Below are positions 11,728 to 21,339 of a stretch of DNA of 37,070 nucleotides, piece after piece. How positions within the stretch are numbered: the first letter of the stretch is position 1; each line of letters opens with the position of its first letter. Under the pieces are notes generated by a model. It saw only the letters and a program-made list of their open reading frames with translations, searched no databases and was not told the origin of the DNA. The translations under genes and the position numbers were made by a program. Origin of the DNA: Vezdaea acicularis (Eukaryota); the NCBI GenBank assembly GCA_026025075.1, contig JAPEUI010000065.1:62001-99070 (forward strand), given 5' to 3'.

Positions 11728-13448
11728 TTACGTTGGCCTAGTCTCTTTGTGGGTCGCGCCAAAACCAGGGGGGGCTATCAAGTGTCGCTGCTCATCTAAA
11801 GGCAACATGAGAAACCACCTAGGCAATGCTGCCGCGCCCGTTATGGCGAACAACAGGCCGGGATCTCTAGGGACTGCATGTGCATATCGACAATTGGTAG
11901 AGATCGTGCAAGTACCGGTCCGCACCCAGTACGAGCAAAAGATCTTTTGGTCTCTCAACGGAATGCCTTGTTGAATGTTTGGCAACGGGTGTTGCTATTG
12001 ATATTTCAGTATAAGCTCAACAAGATGTTAGATATCGCAGACTCACTAGAGGGATACGAGGGCCTCGAGGCTTGAGTCTACGCTGACCTTGTTCGTCGAA
12101 ACTTGTCTGTAGATCTACTTAAATCTTTGGATCTCATTTACATGTATTCCATCTAGTCAACATACCTTGTACCAGTCCGGCTTCTGCATCTTGTACCACT
12201 CCAGACGCTGGGGAGGCGCCCATTTATCCCAGTTGGCAGGGAACTTCTCCTTGAAAGGAGGGTCGGGCGGTTGCCCAAAGGCATCAATATAGAGCCTTTC
12301 CTGATTTGACTCGTCCATGGGAGCTGGTTCGCCGTATCCAGGCCCTCTGCCAGTCAGTAGTTTCTGGTGCTCTGAAGGTCCTGTTGGGAGGACGATGCCC
12401 AAAGGCCGTCGACCTTGCTGCTCCGGCATCTGTCTTGAAGGCAAGGGTCTGCCGTAATAATCGTATTCCTGGGAGCCCCCCAGGTCTTGTCGGCGCAGAG
12501 TGCTCCCTTCGAAGAACGACATATCGCTGATAGCTCGATTTATCGAGCGAAACGGATTCTCGTTGACTGCCTGTGGTTCGAAGACACCTATTTATATTAT
12601 ATAGAGATTAGCCTAGTCTCTGATGAATGACAATAGTAGCTGCTGCGACGATAGCTCCTGGGCATCAAGAAATCCACCAGCTTCCTAAAGAATCCACCGT
12701 TTCAGGTAACGGCGACCTCTCGAGTATTCATGAAAGATCAGGGAAGTTGAATGGGGCCATATACTAGGAAGCACCATAACTGACGATCTTATATATACGC
12801 AGCTCAATAAGAAGAGATTCACTTACCGAAAGCTTGACTTTGGCTAGCTTGGTAGTCAGAAGTCCTCGGAGCTTTCTCTTGCCCTGCCATTGCACCTGGC
12901 TCTTCTCGTTGCGCTGAAGAGGCCGGACCAACTGCAGCAGCTTGTGGGCGCTCGGAGCTCAATGGCAGTGGTGGTGACGGCAGCGGCGATGTTGGAAGGC
13001 GCACTCCCCCCGTTTGGTCTTCAGAGAACGCAGTTTCCGAAAAAACACTCTCTGGAGAACCCAGCGGTGATAGCTGGCTCTTTGGCGATGGGTGGGAGGT
13101 CTTGGAGGTCTCCATGTCATGGAACGCCTCCCGTCTTCGGCCGCGGAATGTTTCCAGGGCAACCACCTGAATAGCTCCGGATTCGATTTGCTCACGTACA
13201 GAGGAAGACTTGACGCGCCTTGTTATTCCTTCAATAACGATGCCCCTGGGTAGTTCGTCTGCAGGGATCAACGGAACCAGATATCCGTCCTCGCGTTCGA
13301 GGTATCTGGTAGGTGCCGACGTGATCGTTGGGGGGCTCACAGGTGAGGCGAGGAAAGGATCGGGGGAGAGTGCTGGTTCTGCGCGTTGTGGCAGAGGCGT
13401 CGTAGGCTGCGGAGCCTTGGTAGGAGCTCGAGCTTGCTTGCCAGACAT
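11728..13448 (-). CDS. CCCH (C-x8-C-x5-C-x3-H) zinc-finger protein; proposed exons 13448-12827, 12587-12166, 12106-12047, 11994-11728
   Basis: The last exon encodes KIFCSYWVRTGTCTISTNCRYAH, which has canonical CCCH spacing, followed by AVPRDP...LPRW. The first exon carries YLEREDGYLVPLIPADELP, a motif I recall at the N-terminus of fungal C3H1 proteins. Donors GTAAGT, GTATGT and GTGAGT with TAG/CAG acceptors give one continuous frame. Confidence 0.72.
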
Positions 13449-13508
13449 CCTAGGGAAATGTTATTATCGATGATAATAACGTGAAGAAAGAGAAGTGAAA
13501 ATGGTATA

Positions 13509-13957
13509 ACGAAGAACTTTACACGGTATGAAAAGCATCACACGTTATGAAAAGCTCCACACGATATGAAGATCTTCACACGAAATGAAGAACTACACAC
13601 GGTATGAAAAGCTACACACGGTATGAAGACCTTCACACGATATGAAGAACTCCACACGGTATGAAAAGCTCCACACGATATGAAGATCTTCACACAATAT
13701 GAAGAACTACACACGGTATGAAAAGCCTCACACGGTATGAAGGCCTTCACACGGAATGGAGAAACTCACGCGATATTAAAGTCTTTAAACGTAATGAAAG
13801 AATCCACATGTAACGAAGAAGTCCACACGAAACGAAGAAGTTCACACGTAGTGGAGAACTTCACACGAAATGAAGAAGTTCACACGTAGTGGAGAACTTC
13901 ACACGAAATGAAAAAGTTCAAACGTAATGAAGAACTTTATACGTAATGGAGAACTTA
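13509..13957. repeat. Minisatellite: 23 full copies plus 1 partial copy of a 19-bp unit (consensus ATGAAGAACTTCACACGWW)
   Basis: Units start at 13509, 13528, 13547 ... 13927 and 13946, each exactly 19 nt apart with substitutions but no indels. Confidence 0.95.
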
Positions 13958-14427
13958 GGGGAGAAAGAAGAATCGCAGAAAGGCGAAAGTTTGGCTGTGA
14001 ACGTTGTGGTACGACGGGGGAAAAGAGAATTTCGTTTCGTGAAAACGAGGTTTGTGGGAAATGAAAGAAACACGAAAGACGAACGTTCACGCGTTCGTAC
14101 ACGTAATAACGTCATCCAGAACACATGAACGTGTTCTGCCTATGCCTAACACGTGCTAATAGAACAAAAGAGAACATGCACTTATGAAAGCGGTCACAAC
14201 GTTCCGTGCAGCCATGGATAGTGAACACAAGACGTTAATGCATGATTTTTATGTATGCCTTACAGGTTATGACCAGCTTGCGGAGATAATCTGGAGATCC
14301 CCAGAGTACTTTCGTACTCCAGACGTTTTAAACAAATTCGAGCGCCGGAACCAAGTGATGGAGAGGCCAATCTATGCTAATCTTCACCCATGCCCAAGGA
14401 CTGCGCCCAAACCTAGCTCTTCGTAAC

Positions 14428-17083
14428 CTAATATCGCACACGCCTCCTCCCACTTCCAAGATCAATTCTCTTCATTTCCTCACTCAATTTCTCAAACCCA
14501 TCCATTGGTCCTAATGGGACCTTTGCTGGTACCGGTGGAGGTCCTGCCGGTGAGTTTCGCGGCCCACTTCCGTAGGAGGGGCTATTGTATCCGTAATTTT
14601 GGCGCTCGCGTAGAGGATAATCAGATGGAGAACCTGGAGTTCCCTTTGGACCATAATTTGCTAATGGGCTCGATGCTGCGATGGGAGAAGACCCCTGACC
14701 AGGCTTGGACTTCTTCTGAAGCCTGTTACGACCGCTATTTGGAGTTTGTGGCTCACTAGTGGAATGTGCATAGATTGGAGTTGGTGGCTGAGATTCTCGG
14801 TATCCCCTGCGGACTGAAGGAGGCATGGGCTGGGCTCCGTTTGGTGCAGGTCTGGCCCGTTCTGACTGGGGCGTGGCCTTCTTTGGGTACTTGGTATCTG
14901 GCTCTGGTGCCCATGTGCTGGCTGGTAAATGATCAGATGGGTCAACAACATGGCCGTCCGATGTGATGATTGACCCGTCGGGCGTTGTCTGTTCGGCTTC
15001 TCTTCTACGCTGACGGAAAGCCTCTTTGGCCTGCTCAGGTGTCTCGTACCGCGACTTGGGAGCGTCTACAGGAGAGGAGACAGCATTTGGATTAAGAGAG
15101 TCGTAAGAATCCGGGGAGAATGGGACGCCAGAAAGCCGCCTTTCTCCTGGCGGAGTGAATGGCGCAGGACTAATAGACTTCCGGGCCACTATCCGTGGGT
15201 CTGGGGTTGTTGCTTGAGATTTTGCTATTGTCGCTGAAGAGCCTAAATTTTGACCATCTTGAGTGATCTGAGCGCGATTTGAGAGCTCCCTTGTCGGTGC
15301 GAGTGGGTACCTCTCCATCACTTGTGGCGACGACTCTTGAGGAAAATTTCCTTGTCCAGCCATGCTTTGGCGCTTGTTGTAGATTTGAGGATCCACCACT
15401 TGTTCTGCAGCCAGGGGATTATACCCAGGCACGAGACTCGCAGGCATATTGCTACTACCTGGTCGAACAGGTGATACCATCATTGCATCCCCAGACCGCC
15501 GGCGCTCTCCTTGATGGAAGGAAGCTCTTTGTGCGATTTGTTGGTTAGATTGCAAATTGCCCCTGACTGTGGTTGGGGAATTTGAGTTTGATGTATTTAG
15601 CGGACTTGGAGTAGGATATTGAGGAGATGGGCGGTGCAATCCAGAAATGTTCAGTGGAGGTGGTGTCATATTTTGACTGTACCCCCCAGATGTTCCGCCA
15701 TCGTATACAGCGACGTGATGCCCACTTTGTCGATGTACAGGTGGTGGTGGCGGAGGCCCGTCTTCATCCTCAACGGTTGGCTGCATATGGCTATAGCTAG
15801 CATCATAAGAATGATGTCTCTGTTCGAAAGAGAGATCAGGAAGAGTTTCCAGTGCATGCGGGAATTGATCGTCTAATGGCTGAGAATTCTCCGAGTATGC
15901 ATTATACATCGGGAGATTTGGTTGTTGAGGAAGTAAGCCAGGAGGAGCGGAATGCGAATGATGCATGCTATGATCTCCATGGGGCATTGCTGGAGGCAAG
16001 CCCGGGCTGGGGTTTCGACTACCATGGCTTGGTGGTAGCGGCCTCTCCGATGCGGCATAAGAAGCATCGTCCCCAAGGAAAGGATCTGTCCGGTCATCAA
16101 GTTGGCTCGGATAATAAATATCTTCGCCAGCGAACTCCACAGGGTTTAAATCACCGCTCTGATGATATTGAGGAAGTTCCGGCTCTATAGCACCTTTCCC
16201 AGGTGGCAAGCTTTGATACGGGCTACCGTTATCATATGGTGATCCTTGAGGAAGTTGTTGTGAATATCGATGTTGAATATGAGGGGGCGTGTGGGTTGGT
16301 GTGCTGTATAGAGAGTGGCGACCAGCTGGATCCCGTTGATCGCGAAAAGCTCGAGGTGGTGTGTGGGGCTGATGTGTCTGCATTGGCGGTGCGGATTGAG
16401 GGTGCTCCGCCAGAGGATAATTGAGGCTACTTACACTACCCGGACGTCCTGGCAATGGCCTTCTCTTCATAGGCTTTGCTTGTCGTGGGCCACCAATAGC
16501 TTCCCTGGGGCTCTCTTCCATTCCTTGCCGGAAACTCTCGCGAGATCGATCAGCTGGCGTCTCTTCCTTTGGCCTTGTATCATAGTAGGTCAACTCGATC
16601 CTGATCTCTCCTGCATACTTTCCTTTGCAGTTTAGATTGTGCCAAAGATCATTTTGTCCTCCACCTGGTATTACGACCTCTTTCAGGTTTATCCATGTCT
16701 CTCCGATCAGATCTGTTTTCTTGTCGTCATTGAAGACGGAGACTTTGAGTTGATAATAATCCGGCGAGTCATGAACGGTAAAACGAAGCTCCTGATCCCT
16801 GAAAGCATAAAATTAGCCTTGTGACACGCGTAGTGGGTGAGTACCCAGCTTACCAGCGTGGCGTCTGGCCACCACGTTTATCAGTACTTGTTTTCTTGGC
16901 CTCTTTACCTAGACGAGCGGCACAGTATGGATCTTGCTTTCCCATTGACTTCCGGTTAGGCAGGTTTTTGGCCTTGTCAATGATGACAACGAGATCTCCA
17001 ATCTCGGGACCATCAACCGTCATGTCTGCGTAGATGCCCGCGCTATGGACGCTCGCTGGCAACCTGCCAGTCTTGGAGGCCAT
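14428..17083 (-). CDS. INN1: Inn1/Fic1-like cytokinesis (ingression) protein: N-terminal C2 domain plus a long Pro-rich region; intron 16799-16853
   Basis: C2 domain: LVVIIDKAKNLPNRKSMGKQDPYCAARLGKEAKKTSTDKRGGQTPRW|DQELRFTVHDSPDYYQLKVSVFNDDKKTDLIG...AGEIRIELTYY. The intron joins in frame to the 721-aa ORF, which contains PxxP motifs (PPPPPPVHR, PPPVPAKVP). Confidence 0.82.
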
Positions 17084-19272
17084 TGTGTTGTTGACGACTC
17101 GAATTGCCTGCCCCTGGGGCTTCAGTTCTTGGTGAAAATTATTCAAGTACTATAATATATGCTGAAATAAAGGTCGTGGTTGAGGGAGTCGAGAATACTT
17201 CGGATACTTGGTGTCGAATTGTACTCATCGAGCTGTCGGCGAAATCAACACCGATCGCCGCGCGTTGATGTTTAATAGGTTGAACGAGAGACAACCCGGG
17301 AACTCGACCGCCCCGCAAAGAGATATGTCGTCGCACTTCGTGATTAAGAGGCTTAGAAGAGTGTACCCGTTTTGGCCTTGTCCGGAGAAGTTGTGAAGCT
17401 GCAATTGAAGCACCCTTTGCTCTGTTGTTGACGCTGGCGCCAAGCCTAGAATACATGTGGCGGCGCCGGTTGAGGTGGTTGGATGTTTAGCGAAACACAC
17501 CCAGCCACCAGAGTGACGAATCCGGCCAGGCCGATTTCCTAGTTTTCCCTCGCCAAAAAGCGCACGGTTACCATAGTGACTCGCTGAAGGTGAGGCTGTT
17601 GACCTAGCATTAGAAGCTGAGACGACCTTGTCATCGAGCTTCATAAGGCTTCGATTTCCCTCTCAGAGCGAAGTTCATTGGGGCCAGTTGATATTCTTGG
17701 CTTCTGATGTGTCTTGTGCATAACAACCGCTTCGTGCAAGGATTGCGGCATTGGTACTACCCACATAAGAGTCTAAAGGGCCTTGAATCACGCTCCACGG
17801 CCTTCCTACTTATATTGCAAAACCTGCTCATGGCGTCGAACCCAAAAGAATCGGGGTAGTAATCGTGAGCGTGGAACATTGTGAATATTTACATCATTGC
17901 CGAGAGCTATGCCAAGAAAGGACAGCGGTTCCGTCTCTCCGGCAGACGCCATTGGTGGAAGAGTGCAGATGTTATGATAATGGAATTATCTTTCCAAACT
18001 TAAAGCGTCGAGTGCTGTGAACAATTGAAAGAAAATATGTGGCATCAGATTAAGGAATGCCCGTATTGAGAGATTCATACAAGACAATTTTACGCCTACC
18101 TCGCAATTTTCTTTTACCACTTCATCGCCTTGCAGATTGCTAATCGTACCTCCCTTCTTGAACTCTACCTCTACCAATTGTCCAAGGCCCTCAGCGAAGC
18201 CAGAACAAATATACCCATCGGCGCTGTTAGGTCCTGCTGGGGCGGTCAATAGTGGGTGGACTTACACCTACGGACAAGTCCGATTCAGATCGGAGGCCTA
18301 TTGTCGATTCTGGCTACACCGCCTACCCCTCAAGCCTAAAAATGCTGGAAAATGTCATGGAGGTCTCAAAGCCGTTAAGCATACACTCAGGAACCTAGAA
18401 ATCGCTTTGAAGACGAAACGCTTTCATGGCCATGATAAAGCTCTTACATAAGGTCAAATTAAAGGTTCGCGGCTAGGTGTGATACCAACGATGAGAAGGC
18501 GAAGAAGGAAGCCAACCTTCCAATACTTTTTTGTGCACATATAAAGATTGAAATCTACTAAAGTATACGTGTAACGCATTTCAAAAATATAATGTCCTTA
18601 GCAGCAGCAGAGGCTACTGAGGAACATTAGAAGATCTATGAGATGTACCTAAGGTTGCCAACGTACCCTTTTTTTATTGGTGACTGCTTTTGTTGCTAGA
18701 ACTGGCACTGGAGGCCGTTTGGCACCTCTTTTAGTGCGTGACATGCTTCCAGGTGGAGTGGGGGCTTCTAGAAGATCTTAGGGTGACTAGTTCTCTTGGA
18801 ACTATAGACTTTGTTCTTAGATCCTAAGAACAAACACATAGGAGACACCTGGGTTGAGACCATAGCCTTTGCCCGTTACGAGTGCGACGCAACCCAAAAG
18901 TGTGGGCTCTCAATTGGTTCACGAGGCTGCTCAGAGATTGGGGGGGCCTCCTGAGGTGGGGAAGCTGCCGATTGGAGACAATTCTCTTCTTCGAGTCTTT
19001 GGCGAAGCAGAGTTGTGATTCGCAAAGATACTTCAAGATTCCTTCAATAGATGTGATTGACCTATATCTCAATTTGGAGAACGCCAGATATGCATGCGTG
19101 ACGCGACTAAAATTTGTGAACATAAGAAAGGAATAGAGATCTCAACGAGGGTATCTCTGGTATATCCGTACAATCTGTCAGACCAAAAGCCTCCGGTCCA
19201 TGATGGTCATTACCTATGCAAACGCCATCGCTATTATGCTATTAACGCCACCCCAGTGGATATCATATCGCA

Positions 19273-21339
19273 CTAATGTACGGCAAGAAAAAGTTCACCG
19301 CCCCTCCTTTCCGGCGTCAGCTCCGGTTGCCAATCAGGCGAAAGTGGAGTCTTCCAAGCGTTCTGCTTCTCCAGCTTTTCCAGTCTTAACGCTGCCGCCT
19401 TGCTCTCCCCCATCCTCTTCTCGAGCAAACTGCCTTTCCGCATGTGCCCAATTTGCGCGACCTGCTCTCCACGCCTTGATGTTGTATTCTTCCTAGAGAA
19501 GGACGATCCACCGCAGATACGTGGGTACTCAACCGGACTATTGGGGCTTTTGGGTGACTCTTGGACAGGCGTAAGGTCTTCTCCATCCCAATCCGAGTCC
19601 ATACCTTCAAAGTCGGTGACTGCCGAAGCTATTGATTGGCGGACATTACTCTCACGGTGTGACCGCCGCGAAACTGCCGGCGAATAAGCCACATACGGAG
19701 AGACGACAGGATAAGGGAGATTGGGTGCTGATGGAGACATATGATAAGTGGAGTTCGAGTCGCGGCCTGTATATGCACTCGATGTAGCGGTTCGGTTAGA
19801 TGGGGCGAGTCGTGATTGCTCTCGTGGCCGCTCTTGTGGAACTTCAGGTACCTGGGGGACAGTGGGCACAAATATCGCTGGAGGACTTGGTTTTCTTGAA
19901 TGTTGTGAGTTCATGGCGGCTGCAATAGGCCTTGCTTGTGGGAGGCCAATTGTACCAGGTCCCTTCCAAAGCGGATTGACGTTAGCTGGAAGTCCAATCC
20001 TCGGAGGAATCGTAGGTGTGGCGCTGATATTCGAGTTGGCGCTAGTGTTGCGAGAGTGGTATGCGGTAGGGTCGTAGTAAGGATCTTTCGGAGGAACTTG
20101 AGGGGCTTGAGAATAGTTCAGTGGACCTGCGGACCTTTGCAATTGTTTGCTAGGGGTCGTTTGATGACTATTGTATCCATAACCGTTACCGCCTACTACA
20201 GGGGACCCTTCCAGTTCTGCATCTTCTTGGAATACAGTTGCAGTACTCTGCGGGCGTTGATAAGTTGGTAATGGTGGAGGTGGTCTATACTCTGCTTTCG
20301 GAGGTAAAAGGGTAGACATGGTGCGATAACTAGGTGCAAGGCCGGTATGTACTGGAGATCCTTCGAGTTCGGAGGGTGAGATAGCAAGCCCGATGTTGCC
20401 TGGACGAGGGCTCCTTCGGAACCACGTAGAGGATGAGTTTGTCTGAATAGGTTCTTTTGGTAGCGGTGGATAATACAAGAGACTGTGCCCTAACGGACCA
20501 AGACTGGTCAGACTCTTTTCGTCATCAGCTCTATGATGCTTTATAGATCGATACGAACGATCTTTAGCACTCCGAGACTGCTTTCGTCGCCTCGTTAACA
20601 AGATATATATCAAGGCGGCCACTGCAGTTAGTGCCACGCCGATGCCTCCTGCCGCGATACCCGCAATCTGACCGCTATTCAGCGTGGGTACGGATGCTGG
20701 CGGAGTGACTGCTGTTTGTGAAGACATGACAGTTTGAGCTCCTGGGGCTGACGATGAAGGAATACTTAATGTAGTCGTCGAAGTAGACGTACTCGTTGAA
20801 GACGTTGAGATAGCTGCTGCTGTAGCTAAGGCGTCCGCTGTCGCTGTTGGCGATGGTGCATTGTTTGGTATTGTGATTACTTGGGTATATCCAACTTGGG
20901 TTGTGATCTCTTGCGTGCGACCGTTTGCTCCTAACACTGCTGTTGTTGTCAGTGCCTGATAGGTCTCGGAAAGGTCCCGGTTGGTCTGAGGTGCTGCGCC
21001 TGGATGTCCTGCGCAGACCGAGTAAACTCTGTTTGGTATGCTGGAACCTTGAGCGAGAGCGCTTGTGCAGTCTGGCGAGAGAAATAGGCAAAGCACTGCT
21101 TCCTCGCCGAATGTTTTCCCCTCGCTGCTGGTAGCTTCGCATAGACACCCCAAATCTGTTCCCGATGAGCAATCCGGGAAACTCGAGAGCTTGGTACCGA
21201 TGCAAGGTAAGAGGCAAGCAGGGAGCAGCGGAGCGCTGCCTTGTGTAGCAACTCGTGTGACTTGCTGAGCGGTAGCGAGTGTTGTGATAGACAATATCAA
21301 TACTAGTATTCTTTGTCGTGTTGGTAATCGTATGGCCAT
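19273..21339 (-). CDS. CFEM-like domain type I membrane protein with a Ser/Thr stalk and a long Pro-rich cytoplasmic tail
   Basis: Likely start is MAIRLPTRQRILVLILSITTLATA (signal peptide). It has an 8-Cys module (PAC-x3-C...C-SSG-TD-LG-CLC...C...C...C), an S/T-rich stalk, the TM segment GQIAGIAAGGIGVALTAVAALIYILL followed by RRRK, and a C-terminal LTPERRGGELFLAV. Single exon. Confidence 0.85.
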   Translation of the reverse strand: MAIRLPTRQRILVLILSITTLATAQQVTRVATQGSAPLLPACLLPCIGTKLSSFPDCSSGTDLGCLCEATSSEGKTFGEEAVLCLFLSPDCTSALAQGSSIPNRVYSVCAGHPGAAPQTNRDLSETYQALTTTAVLGANGRTQEITTQVGYTQVITIPNNAPSPTATADALATAAAISTSSTSTSTSTTTLSIPSSSAPGAQTVMSSQTAVTPPASVPTLNSGQIAGIAAGGIGVALTAVAALIYILLTRRRKQSRSAKDRSYRSIKHHRADDEKSLTSLGPLGHSLLYYPPLPKEPIQTNSSSTWFRRSPRPGNIGLAISPSELEGSPVHTGLAPSYRTMSTLLPPKAEYRPPPPLPTYQRPQSTATVFQEDAELEGSPVVGGNGYGYNSHQTTPSKQLQRSAGPLNYSQAPQVPPKDPYYDPTAYHSRNTSANSNISATPTIPPRIGLPANVNPLWKGPGTIGLPQARPIAAAMNSQHSRKPSPPAIFVPTVPQVPEVPQERPREQSRLAPSNRTATSSAYTGRDSNSTYHMSPSAPNLPYPVVSPYVAYSPAVSRRSHRESNVRQSIASAVTDFEGMDSDWDGEDLTPVQESPKSPNSPVEYPRICGGSSFSRKNTTSRRGEQVAQIGHMRKGSLLEKRMGESKAAALRLEKLEKQNAWKTPLSPDWQPELTPERRGGELFLAVH

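Noticed and set aside
13538..13750. 70-aa Cys/His repeat peptide ORF (-), and chains of 13-codon ATGA-overlapping mini-ORFs (+)
   Set aside because: The minus-strand ORF starts with GTG. Both patterns follow arithmetically from the 19/57-bp periodicity, and there is no independent coding evidence.
13509..13957. CRISPR-like array
   Set aside because: The units are contiguous tandem copies with no unique spacers, the context is eukaryotic, and there are no cas genes.
17100..19270. Several short ORFs (e.g. 17225-17644, 17986-18249, 18137-18451, 18882-19136)
   Set aside because: No recognisable domain, no coherent splice model and mostly non-ATG starts. Treated as intergenic.
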